Shown here: positions 40,784-52,936 of the stretch, one piece after another
Position numbering within the stretch: the stretch's first letter is position 1
How the letters are laid out: the number at the start of each line of letters is the position of its first letter
From: Macrostomum lignano
Lineage: Eukaryota
Direction of reading: 5' to 3'
DNA length: 64,000 bases
NCBI GenBank assembly: GCA_002269645.1
Contig: NIVC01003722.1
Location: forward strand, 1-64,000
Program-made: the position numbers and the translations under genes
The notes under the pieces: model-generated
What the model saw: the letters and a program-made list of their open reading frames with translations, nothing else
Database searches by the model: none
Told to the model about the DNA's origin: nothing

Positions 40784-43700
40784 TCAGCAAGCTACAAAGC
40801 CGCTATTAGCAGCTGTGACGAAAAGCAGCCCGCCAACAGCTGCAGCGGACAGGACAGCGCAGGCAATCAGCAGCCGGTCCACTGCAGAGCCGATGTGACG
40901 CCACGCATCCGCGGGGTCGCTGCCTTGAAAACCGCACAGGCGGTTGAGGAACAGCAGCCTCAGCACTGGGCTGCTCACAGCCTCCCGCGATGCAGCTCTC
41001 CTGTAGCACAGGTGCACAACTATGCTGCCGATTGTGCTCAGAGCGGTCACAGCCATGGCCACCGTAAAGTACCAGGCTGGGGATGGGCAGAGACAGGCTT
41101 GGCTCAGTGTAGCTGCACAGCACAGCACATTACAGCACAGCACAGCACAGCACAGCACAGCCCAGCACAACACAGCACAGCACAGCACAGCACAGCGCAG
41201 CACAGCACAGCACAGCACAGCACAGCACAGCACAGTACAGCACAGTACAGCACAGCACAGCACAGCACAGCACAGCACAGCACAGCACAGCACAGCACAG
41301 CACAGCACAGCACAGCACAGCACAGCACAGCACACATCAATAGCCATACACTCTGACTCACTGAGCACTGGAACGGACTCGCTCTGAGCAGGAGTGATGC
41401 TGCCCGCCAGCTGCAGGAACACACTCATTGACAGCAGGATGGCCACATTCAGTGCCAGTCGGTCGCCCGAGTCCGCTGGCAGGAGAAAGCCGAAGATGCA
41501 GGTGGCGAGGATGAGGGCGCTGGGGATGATGAGCACGATGATGTAGTAGAGGGGCCGCCTCTGCAAAGGGGTGGGGTGCGGGAGGCTGAGCGGGCACTCA
41601 GCACAGAGACTGCTGTGCAATGGGGTGGGGAGCGGGAGGCTGAGCGGGCACTCAGCACAGAGACTGCTGTGCAATGGAGTGGGGAGTGGGAGGCTGAGCG
41701 GGCACTTAGCACAGAGACTGCTGTGCAATGGGGTGGGGAGCGGGAGGCTGAGCGGGCACTTAGCACAGAGACTGCTGTGCAATGGGGTGGGGAGTGAGAG
41801 GCTGAGTGATGCAGCTGGTAAAGCACAGATGTTCAACTCATCTGCTACTTGCCTTGAAGCTGATTGAAACCTGAACTTTTTCGTAATATTCATAGATAGA
41901 TACTTTTGAAGTTTCGATGTGGCTGATGCAGAATTCGTTGCTCTCCTTGTTAAGATCGGCATAGGTTTTGTTTGCCTCCTGTCCCAATTCAAGCTGCAAA
42001 TCCGCAGGCGTTTTCACAGCCGAGGAGAAGGTTGCGTTGCACTGCTGGGAGTCGAAGGGAAAATACGCCATGTTCATCGGACACCTGCTGGTTACTCCGT
42101 ATGGAATGCCGATTATTACAGTTCCACTTTGGTAGACAATAGACAAGTGTTTATTGGCCTCATAATTGCGGATTTCGACTCTGCGTTGCAGGAGTAGGTA
42201 TTGATCTGTGTTCGCCACAATGACAAGGCATTGCTTTTAAAGTTACATGATACATGCACATCTACATGATACATGCACATCTACATGATACATGCACATC
42301 TACATGATACATGCAAAACTACATGATACATGCACATCTACGTGATACATGCACAGCTACATGATACACATCCGCAACTACATGATACACATAAACAGTT
42401 ACATGATACACATACGCAACTACCGGTACATGATACACATACACAGTTACATGATACACTTACACAACTACATGAAACACATACAGAACTACATGTTACT
42501 CATACGAAACCCTAAAACACAACCACAGTTAGTTACATGATACACATATACAGTTAAATAATACACATACACAGCTACATGATACACATACGCAACTACA
42601 TGATACACATATACAGTTACATAATACACATACGCAACTAAATGATACACATACACAGTTACATGATACACATACGCAACTACATGATACACATAAACAG
42701 TTACATGATACACACACGCAACTACATGATAAACATATACAGTTACATGATGCATGAACTTACGGGTGGTCCACGGTCACATCGGGCAGCCACAGCCAAT
42801 CAGTCGGCACGAAGATTTTCTCAACCTTGGCTAAGCTTTCATCGCTTGTGTCATTCCAGGCTAATCGGGCATCTGTCCATCTCTGAATAATTTTTTTTAT
42901 TAATGGCACATTGCTATGCTCGTAACTGCATATGAGATTTGATTGAGCTGAGATGCATATGACATTTGGTTGACCTGAGATGCATATGACATTTGGTTGA
43001 GCTGAGATACATATGAGATTTGAATGAGCTGAGATGCATATGAGATTCGATTGAGCTGAGATACATATGAGATTTGATTGAGACGAGATACCTATGAGAT
43101 TTGATTGAGCTGAAATACCTATGAGATTTGATTGAGGTGAGATACCTATGAGAGTTGATTGAGGTGAGATACCTATGAGAGTTGATTGAGGTGAGATACC
43201 TATGAGAGTTGATTGAGGTGAGATACCTATGAGAGTTGATTGAGGTGAGATACCTATGAGATTTGATTGAGGTGAGATACCTATGAGATTTGATTGAGGT
43301 GAGATACCTATGAGAGTTGATTGAGCTGAGATGCATATGAGATTTGGTTGACCTGAGGTGCATATGAGATTCGATTGAGCTGAGATGCATATGAGATTTG
43401 ATTGAGGTGAGATACCTATGAGAGTTGATTGAGCTGAGATACCTATGAGAGTTGATTGAGGTGAGATACCTATGAGATTTGATTGAGCTGGGGTGCACAC
43501 ACTGAGATGTAAACGATGGCTTACCAGTATCATCCAGAGGTCAATGGACACTTGCTGTTTCACAATATCCTGAATGGCAGCAGCAACAGCTTTATTACAC
43601 AAAGGTAGAGTTGAGCACAAGATGCACAAGCTGCACTCACCACGCTGCTCAATCGAACAACTTTAATGGACACAATGACAACATTCGCTGTGCCATTGTC

Positions 43701-43871
43701 TGGAGGCGGCGCCGCGCCCTTGCAGTAGCCGGAGGTGAGGTTCAGCAGCTCGACAATTCTCTCCTGGTTGGACTTCCTGGATTGCCCGGCCGAAGTCAGA
43801 ACCCAAGCGAGCGCGAGCAGCATTTGCAGCAGGCCGGCTGCCCGGTGAGTCAGTGCTCGAGGAGGCTTCAT
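40784..43871 (-). CDS. Cys-loop ligand-gated ion channel subunit, nAChR-like (paralog B), ~404 aa
   Basis: Exons 43871-43641, 43569-43525, 42882-42764, 42180-41853 (GC donor AAG|GCAAGT), 41560-41362, 41076-40784. RWTDARLAW, WLPDV, Cys-loop CPMNMAYFPFDSQQC, M4 AWRHIGSAVDRL. Confidence 0.92.
41562..41808. repeat. 54-bp tandem amplification of the exon-5 acceptor region in paralog B
   Basis: About 4.5 copies of a unit present once upstream of exon 5 in paralog C (partially in D). Confidence 0.85.
42243..42750. repeat. ~20-21-bp minisatellite (TACATGATACACATATACAGT)n
   Basis: Tandem copies in paralog B intron 3. Confidence 0.9.
42925..43490. repeat. 27-bp minisatellite (GAGAGTTGATTGAGGTGAGATACCTAT)n
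   Basis: Tandem copies in paralog B intron 2. Confidence 0.9.
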
Positions 43872-44135
43872 CAGCGAGGCTGGACTAATTCCGGGCTCCA
43901 GTGCTGCAGAATAAACTATTAATATTCATAGCCAGTTATCAGTTAGCAAGCAGTCAGACAGTTTGGCTCCATAAAAAATTGCGCAAATACAGAGAGGGGG
44001 GGCTCATTTGATTTGGCTGATCAGCATCTGAGCTGGGCTTAAGTAATTAATCCAGCAGTTCTGTTTGCCGAATAATAACAATGCTCAGACACGCACGCAA
44101 ACATCCTGAGTTTGTTGACTTTAGACAGTTGGAAT

Positions 44136-44655
44136 CATTAGCATCGTTAGCACCATTAGCACTATTAGCATCATTAGCACCATTAGCACTATTAGCATCA
44201 TTAGCACCATTAGCATCATTAGCATCAATAGCATCATTAGCATCATTAGCATCATTAGCACCATTAGCACCATTAGCACCATTAGCACTATTAGCATCAT
44301 TAGCACCATTAGCACTATTAGCATCATTAGCACCATTAGCACTATTAGCATCATTAGCACCATTAGCATCATTAGCATCGTTAGCACCATTAGCACCATT
44401 AGCACTATTAGCATCATTAGCATCAATAGCATCATTAGCATCATTAGCATCATTAGCACCATTAGCACCATTAGCATCAATAGCACCATTAGCATTATTA
44501 GCATCATTAGCATCAATAGCATCATTAGCATCATTAGCATCATTAGCACCATTAGCACCATTAGCATCAATAGCATCATTAGCATCATTAGCACCATTAG
44601 CACCATTAGCATCAATAGCATAATCAGCATAATCAGCATCATTAGCACCATTAGC
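44136..44655. repeat. 9-bp repeat (CATTAGCAY)n
   Basis: Tandem nonamers; open in several frames. Confidence 0.95.
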
Positions 44656-45420
44656 ACTGGAAACCATTGACATGACATGGCCACTAGTATTACTATAAAC
44701 TAACATCAGCTCAGGTTTGTTAGTTTTACTTCTGCAATGTCGATCATAAATTTTGTAGGATGAGCAAAAATAACTCGACCTCTGTGTCCGTTTGAAGCTC
44801 GTTGCAACTCAAAAGTCAATCGACATATTCTGGACACTCACCTGGCTGGCTCTACATCAACTGCGATCACGACAGCGACAGCGCCTTTTTTAAGGGCCTT
44901 CCCATCAAGAAGCTGGAAGCGATCGATACTTTCATCTTCATCGTCCGTTTTTGTGATCGGCTCGTGACCTTCAACACCGACATCACCGCCGTTTTCGGGA
45001 TGGTCGGGCGTGTTAAATCCGGATGCTCATGCGGTCGGCGCTGCATCACAACATCCGATTCAGTGCCCAGGCAGTACCAAATTCTCGCTAATCTCGTCTC
45101 GACCTGTGTCCGTTTGAAGCTCATTGAAACTCAAAAGTCTTCGCGCCTCAAGGTGTCAGCTGTTTGCGTTTCAAAGATGGCTCTTTTTCGGGGCGATCGT
45201 TGCGATCGGAGCGGCTTTCCTTCTCAAGAGCCACTCTTGCGATCTTTGCGCACTTCCCTCTTCTCCCGATGTGTATGGCAAAATTCCAGTAGTTGAAAAG
45301 TTGTGGATTTAATGTTTAAAAAAACTGAAAACTTCAAATCTTGCCAATGCAGTTGGCAGCTGGAATCGGCCTGCAACAAAATCCGCACGATTTGCGGCGG
45401 CCTTCTGCTTCATTTTTTTT

Positions 45421-45845
45421 AGGATTCGAACCTGAGACTATGATAAGGTGAGGTAAGCAGCATTCGAACCAAGGACCATTATAGGATGCAATAAGCAGGA
45501 TTCGAACCTAGGACAATTTTGGAACTCACTAAGTAGGATTCGAACCTAGGACTATTATAGGATCAACTATATGGATTCGAACCTAGGACTATTATAGGAT
45601 CAACTATATGGATTCGAACCTAGGACTATTATAGGATCAACTATATGGATTCAAAACTAGGACTATTATAGGATCAACTATACGGATTCGAACCTAGGAC
45701 TATTATAAGATCAACTATATGGATTCGAACCTAGGACTATTATAGGATCAACTATATGGATTCGAACCTAGGACTATTATAGGATCAACCATATGGATTC
45801 GAACCTAGGACCATTAAAGGACTCACTAAGATTCAAACCTAAAAC
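45421..45845. repeat. 37-bp minisatellite containing a tRNA B-box (GGATTCGAACC)
   Basis: Unit GGATTCGAACCTAGGACTATTATAGGATCAACTATAT; about nine perfect motifs. Confidence 0.9.
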
Positions 45846-46006
45846 TACTGGGAGAGTTTATTTCCTATAGCATATCAGGAAAATTAATAAATATCCAGAT
45901 AATATCGATGACAGAGGATTATTAGAAAGATGCAGCTTCATAGAACAGAGGAGCTCAGTAAGCAGGCGTCAGCGATCAGGCACGGTGTCCGATGATTGAG
46001 CCGGAA

Positions 46007-49000
46007 TCAGAATTCAGAAAATCTTATTTTTCTCAAAGCGGGCTCGCAGTCGCCGCTCCCCGCCGCGGTGAGAGCCAGACAGATCAGAATGCCAGCTGAA
46101 GCAACGATCGCGCCGAAGGCCAGCAGCCGATCGATGATGCGACCGATTTGACGCCACTCGGCAGTTTCCATGGAAGTCGTTGCTGGGGCGACGCTCGTTT
46201 GCTTGCCGACCTGGTCAGCCCAGGCGGAGTCGTCATCGGCCTGCTTTGGGGCGGAATGAAATGCTCAGGTGAAAATTTAGAGGCAGGCATGGGGCTCGAA
46301 CTCAGGAGCTCCAGACAGAGTACACATCAGATTTAGGAAGTCAGAACCATTGCCATGTAAAAGTCCAGAATCTCTGCTAATTAATCTAAAATGCGCTAAA
46401 TAACAAATTTACAAGCAGAACTCTTAGCTCGTCTCACCACAGTGTTCTTCCAGCCGCACAGGCGGTTGAGGAACAGCAGCCTCAGCACTGGGTTGCTCAC
46501 AGCCTCCCGCGATGCAGCTCTCCTGTAGCACAGGTGCACAACTATGCTGCCGATTGTGCTCAGAGCGGTCACAGCCATGGCCACCGTGAAGTACCAGGCT
46601 GGGGATGGGCAGAGACAGGCTTGACTCAGTGTAGCTGCATAGCACAGCACAGCACAGCACAGCACAGCACAGCACAGCACAGCACAGCACAGCACAGCAC
46701 AATACAGCACAGCACAGCACAGCACAGCACAGCACAGCACAATACAGCACAGCACAGCACACCACAGCACAGCACAGCACAGCACTGCACACATCAATAG
46801 CCATACACTTGGACTCACTGAGCACTGGAACAGACTCGCTCTGAGCAGGAGTGATGCTGCCCGCCAGCTGCAGGAACACACTCATTGACAGCAGGATGGC
46901 CACATTCAGTGCCAGTCGGTCGCCCGAGTCCGCTGGCAGGAGAAAGCCGAAGATGCAGGTGGCGAGGATGAGGGCGCTGGGGATGATGAGCACTATGACG
47001 TAGTACATCGGCAGTCTCTGGAGTGTTGAGTGTAAATATTTGGCCAGAAATTGAAACAAAATATTTGCGTTATAACAATGCAGTCGTCAGTCAACTAAAA
47101 GTCTGTACCTTAAAAGTAATGATAACCTCCATCTGGTGGTAACTAGAATAGACCCATTTCAGAATCGAGTCAACGGCAGTGACGCAGTACTCGTTGCTGC
47201 GGAGAAACCGAATCGATAGGTCAATAGCGATGCTTCGCACCACTCTGAGCCGCAGCGAATTGGGCGGTCTCTGGCCCGAGGCCATGCTGAAATTGCACTG
47301 CTGTTTGTCAAACGGAAAGCTGGCCAGCTGCATGTTGCATTTTTTTGTTAAGCCGAATGCCAGCTTGGTTTGCACCTGACCGTCTGAGCTGATCTCGGCT
47401 AGCAGTTTGCTCTGATCGTGGTTGCGAATCTCCACACTGGAAATGTTCAGGCTATGGTTGTGAAGTTCGGGCACAAGGAAAATAAGGATACTCGTAGAAG
47501 TGCAGGAGAGATAAGGATAGGAATACAGGTGAGATAAAAAAGGATAGGAATAAAGGTGAGATAAGGCTAGGAATACAGGTGAGATAAGGATAGGAATACA
47601 GGTGAGATAAGGCTAGGAATACAGGTGAGATAAGGATAGGAATACAGGTGAGATAAGGATAGGAATACAGGTGATATAAGGCTAGGAATACAGGTGGGAT
47701 AAGGATAGGAATACAGGTGAGATAAGGATAGGAATACAGGTGAGATAAGGCTAGGAATACAGGTGAGATAAAAAGGATAGGAATAAAGGTGAGATAAGGC
47801 TAGGAATACAGGTGAGATAAGGATAGGAATACAGGTGAGATAAGGATAGGAATACAGGTGAGATATGGATAGGAATACAGGTGAGATAAGGATAGGAATA
47901 CAGGTGAGATAAGGATAGGTATACAGGTGAGATAAGGCTAGGAATACAGGTGAGATATGGATATAAATACAGGTGAGATAAGGATAGGAATACAGGTGAG
48001 ATAAGGATAGGAATACAGGTGAGATAAGGCTAGGAATACAGGTGAGATAAGGAGAGGAATACAGGTGAGATATGGATAGGAATACAGGTGAGATAAGGAG
48101 AGGAATACAGGTGAGATAAGGATAGGAATACAGGTGAGATAAGGATAGGTATACAGGTGAGATAAGGCTAGGAATACAGGTGAGATATGGATATAAATAC
48201 AGGTGAGATAAGGATAGGAATACAGGTGAGATAAGGATAGGAATACAGGCGAGATAAGGCTAGGAATACAGGTGAGATAAGGAGAGGAATACAGGTGAGA
48301 TATGGATAGGAATACAGGTGAGATAAGGCTAGGAATACAGGTGAGATAAGGAGAGGAATACAGGTGAGATATGGATAGGAATACAGGTGAGATAAGGATA
48401 GGAATACAGGTGAGATAAGGATAGGTATACAGGTGAGATAAGGCTAGGAATACAGGTGAGATATGGATATAAATACAGGTGAGATAAGGATAGGAATACA
48501 GGTGAGATAAGGATAGGAATACAGGCGAGATAAGGCTAGGAATACAGGTGAGATAAGGAGAGGAATACAGGTGAGATATGGATAGGAATACAGGTGAGAT
48601 AAGGCTAGGAATACAGGTGAGATAAGGAGAGGAATACAGGTGAGATATGGATAGGAATACAGGTGAGATAAGGATAGGAATACAGGTGAGATAAGGATAG
48701 GTATACAGGTGAGATAAGGCTAGGAATACAGGTGAGATATGGATATAAATACAGGTGAGATAAGGATAGGAATACAGATGAGAAAAGGATATAGGAACAC
48801 TCGGAAATAAAGATACGAGTAGAAACACAAAAATTAGTATTGAATAAGAAGTCAATAAAGAATCCCAGCCGTGCGATGTGTGAAAGTTGATGGCATAAAT
48901 TACAAGCGGCACCCACCAATGTCTGACACAGTCTCCAAAGTGGATTTAATTATAAGCCGCACCATTTTAAAGTAAAGTGTCTTTAAAGTGTCTGTCAAGC

Positions 49001-50980
49001 CGCATGGGTGGTCAAATATTGCTAATGGATGCCCAGAGCCTGTCAGTTTTAGACACCATTCGGAGCAAATAGATAAGTAGGATAGTTATCAAACTCACGG
49101 CTGGCTAACGCTGATGTCAGGTGTCCACAGCCAATCCAGAGGCGCGTAGATGGCGCCAACTGCGGCCAGTTCCGGTCTGGCGATTCCTTTCCAGGCTAGT
49201 CGGGGGTCTGTCCAGTTCTGTTGTATTGACATCAGTGTGGCAGAAATGATTGATGAGTCAACACGTTGGCTTTGGAGTGAGGCTGCGGGTTGGAAGGTTG
49301 TCCCAAGGTTGATGCAAATAGATCGATGAGGAAGGTGTATGCTTGTATGTGTGCTTGGAAGTAACGAGAAGGCTGTGTTTGGGAAGTGAGGCTGGCATGG
49401 GAGTCAGGGGGAGAGGGTGGTATGAGAGTCAGGGGTGAGCTTTGTGGCATAAGAGTCAGGGGGAGAGGGTGGTATGAGAGTCAGGGGTGAGCTTTGTGGC
49501 ATAAGAGTCAGGGGGAGAGGGTGGTATGAGAGTCAGGGGTGAGGTTTGTGGCATAAGAGTCAGGGGGAGAGGGTGGTATGAGAGTCAGGGGTGAGGTTTG
49601 TGGCATAAGAGTCAGGGGGAGAGGGTGGTATGAGAGTCAGGGGTGAGGTTTGTGGCATAAGAGTCAGGGGGAGAGGGTGGTATGAGAGTCAGGGGTGAGG
49701 TTTGTGGCATAAGAGTCAGGGGGAGAGGGTGGTATGAGAGTCAGGGGTGAGGTTTGTGGCATAAGAGTCAGGGGGAGAGGGTGGTATGAGAGTCAGGGGT
49801 GAGGTTTGTGGCATGAGAGTCAGGGGTGAGGTTTGTGGCATGAGAGTCAGGGGATGAGGCTTGTGGCATGAGAGTCAGGGGTGAGGCTTGTAGCATGAGA
49901 GTCAGGGAGTGAGGCTTGTGGCATGAGAGTCAGGGATTGTGAGGGTGGCATAAGAGTCAGGGGTGAGGGTGGCATGAGAGTCAGGGATTGTGAGGGTGGC
50001 ATGAGAGTCAGGGATTGTGAGGGTGGCATGAGAGTCAGGGATTGTGAGGGTGGCATGAGAGTCAGGGGGTGAGGTGGCATGAGAGTCAGGGATTGTGAGG
50101 GTGGCATGAGAGTCAGGGGGTGAGGTGGCATGAGAGTCAGGGGTGAGGGTGGCATGAGAGTCAGGGATTGTGAGGGTGGCACGAGAGTCAGGGGTGAGGG
50201 TGGCATGAGAGTCAGAGAGTGAGGTGGCATGAGAGTCAGGGGTGAGGGTGGCATGAGAGTCAGGGGTGAGGGTGGCACGAGAGTCATGGGTGGTGGTTGG
50301 CATGAGAGTCAGAGAGTGAGGTGGCATGAGAGTCAGGGGTGAGGGTGGCACGAGAGTCATGGGTGGTGGTTGGCATGAGAGTCAGGGGTGAGGGTGGCAT
50401 GAGAGTCAGGGGTGAGGGTGGCACGAGAGTCATGGGTGGTGGTTGGCATGAGAGTCAGAGAGTGAGGTGGCATGAGAGTCAGGGGTGAGGGTGGCACGAG
50501 AGTCATGGGTGGTGGTTGGCATGAAAGTCAGGGGTGAGGGTGGCATGAGAGTCAGGGGTGAGGGTGGCACGAGAGTCATGGGTGGTGGTTGGCATGAGAG
50601 TCAGAGAGTGAGGTGGCATGAGAGTCAGTGCATGTTTAACAGACTGCTTACCATGGAAACTCTGTTCTCCAGCACAATGAACTGCTTGACCATGTCCTGT
50701 AAAGAGCACAAATAAATTAACAAATGAGAATGCGATGATTTAGCGCAAATCCGGACAAACCGGCTCTACTTACGACATCAATGAGCTTGACTATCTCAAT
50801 CATGATGGTCACAACGACGGCCGTGCCATTGATCGGTCTCGGACTGGCGCCTTTGACATAGCCGCCGTTGGTGAGATTCAGCATCCGGATGATCTGCTCA
50901 TCGACAGACGCGTCATCGGCGACAGGTTCCGCCGCATTGGTTGCTAGGAGCAGCTGTGCTAAAATCCCTGCCAGTAGCAT
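46007..50980 (-). CDS. Cys-loop ligand-gated ion channel subunit, nAChR-like (paralog A), ~436 aa
   Basis: Exons 50980-50774, 50696-50652, 49217-49099, 47451-47109, 47017-46819, 46598-46438, 46243-46007. NWTDPRLAW, WTPDI, Cys-loop CNMQLASFPFDKQQC, M4 EWRQIGRIIDRL. Confidence 0.92.
47505..48790. repeat. 23-bp minisatellite (GAATACAGGTGAGATAAGGATAG)n with higher-order structure
   Basis: Marker variant ATATAAATAC at 47961, 48191, 48467 and 48743. Confidence 0.95.
49392..50630. repeat. G-rich ~24-bp minisatellite (GGGTGGCATGAGAGTCAGGGGTGA)n in paralog A intron 2
   Basis: Tandem variants; same family as 55965-56350. Confidence 0.9.
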
Positions 50981-51447
50981 GATTCAGAACTCGCTGTCCA
51001 GTGTATCCGGGACGTGTGGTGGGGCTGCTTCCCTATCAGAGGGTCTGTATAGATATACAGGTAAGTCAGGGTATATTTGCAGGCGTTGTCGGTGACGAAA
51101 AATACACACTGGCACTGGTAGTGTTTGAACAGGCCAGTTGGTCAAACAGATTCAGCCATCGGATCAGCCATTGGCAAATTGAATGGCGAACAGTTACTTA
51201 ACAATTGTGCTTTAGCCGAAAATGGTTGTTTGAGCACTATCATTCTTTGCTTTAGGGATAAGGGACAAAATTCGTTTGTCATGTGATGGACGGTTTTTTA
51301 TAGCGAACTTTAACAGCAGCCTTGAAATAGATGAGCTACTCTCTCTAGCAGCATCTTTATTACCTGCAAATATTAGAATATGAGCCCGGCTAGGGCTGAC
51401 GCGCTCGTAACTGACCAACGAATGAATAAATTTACATTAGCCTGGAT

Positions 51448-52316
51448 CAGCGGCGTCGCCACCGAAAAGGGGGACAGGGGGACATGCCCCCCAGTAAAAG
51501 CTATGAGAGGACATACCAATGCTTTGTCCCACCACCCAACCTTGTGAGCCGTTATGGAAATCAATAATTTTGCTTCAGGACGAAAATCTATAGCGCCTAC
51601 GGCAAAAAAATGAGTGCCTGCGGCGCCAAAGTGAGTGCCTGTGGCGCTAAAATAAGTGCCTGCGGCGCTAAAATGAGTGTCTGCGGCGCTAAAATAAGTG
51701 CCTGCGGCGCTAAAATGAGTGCCTGTGGTGCCCAAATGAATGTCTGCGGCGCCAAAATGAGTGACTGCGGCGCCAAAGTGAGTGCCTGCGGCGCCAAAGT
51801 GAGATCTTGCGGCACGAAAATGAGTGCTTGTGGTGCCCAAATGAGTGTCTGCGGCGCCAAAATGAGTGACTGCGGCGCCAAAGTGAGATCTTGCGGCGCC
51901 AAAATGAGTGTCTGCGGCGCCAAAATGAGTGTCTGCGGCGCCAAAATGAGTGTCTGCGGCGCCAAAATGAGTGTCTGCGGCGCCAAAATGAGTGACTGTG
52001 GCGCCAAAGTGAGATCTTGCGGCGCCAAAGTGAGAGCCTGTGGCACCAAAATGAGTGACTGCGGCGCCAAAGTGAGAGCCTGCGGCGCCAAAATGAGTGA
52101 CTGTGGCGCCAAAACGAGTGACTGTGGCGCCAAAATGAGTGCCTGCGGCGCCAAAAAGAGTGTCTGCGGCGCCGAAAAGAGTGCCTGCAGCGCTAAAAAG
52201 AGTGCCTGCGGCGCCAAAATGAGCGCTGACAACAGTGATGCTGAAAATAATGTACATGCAATATGTGGAATTCTCGGCTTTGTCCCCCTACCATAAAATC
52301 CATGGCGGCGCCCCTG
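51448..52316. mobile_element. hAT-like MITE carrying an expanded 21-bp minisatellite (GGCGCCAAAATGAGTGTCTGC)n
   Basis: TIRs CAGCGGCGTCGCCA / TGGCGGCGCCCCTG; 8-bp TSD gcctggat (51440-47) / gcctgtat (52317-24); homologous to 1448-1762. Confidence 0.8.
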
Positions 52317-52936
52317 GCCTGTATAGTAAAGTAAACAGAATTAGAGTCAGTGAAAAGTGGAAAGTGAAAGTGATGAAAACAAGTCTTTAAGTGTCTCGAC
52401 TTTAGGGCAAAATTAATTATTAGAATTTATCTCTGCATGTGCAAATGCTACTACTGTGTACAAACAGTAGTCACACGTGAAGAGTGGAAATTATCTGTGA
52501 TTGATACGGTGGAGTTTATTGATTACTATTGCTAATTGCTGGCACTTGCCCCTTGTTATCTCTCACACCTTAATCAGTTTAAAAGCGGTGCAAGTTTCAG
52601 CTGTAGGCGAAAGGCATTGGAGGGCGGCCGCACGTGGTCGGGGTTGCATATTCCACCGTACTACCAGAGATATCTAATCTATTGCACCGAGCAGGCTTCT
52701 CTGCTTTCTCTCTCGCCAGCAAACCAGTTAATATACGAATAGCACCTGGCATTGAATCGTTTCAATAGTCGCCGCTTGTTATTCTCGAGCTACTAAAACG
52801 GTCAAAGATAAAGCGGAAAGACAAACAAATCTGAGCCAAGATTTTAAAGGTCTTGCTCACAGTTCAGAAATACGCCCAGTCATTTTTCGGCCGAGATCTG
52901 CTGCTCAGGGTTACAGTTTTTGAGTTGCATTCAGGA

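Noticed and set aside
41022-41424. Cys-rich CCAVL ORF linking exons 5 and 6 in frame in paralog B (intron length 285 nt)
   Set aside because: (TGCTG)n has no stop codons and a length divisible by 3 is a one-in-three chance; the homologous introns in A, C and D (220, 667, 235 nt) are out of frame.
44047-44706. DANGAN-repeat ORF resembling antifreeze or circumsporozoite-type repeats
   Set aside because: The 9-bp repeat is open in multiple frames; no signal peptide or splice context.
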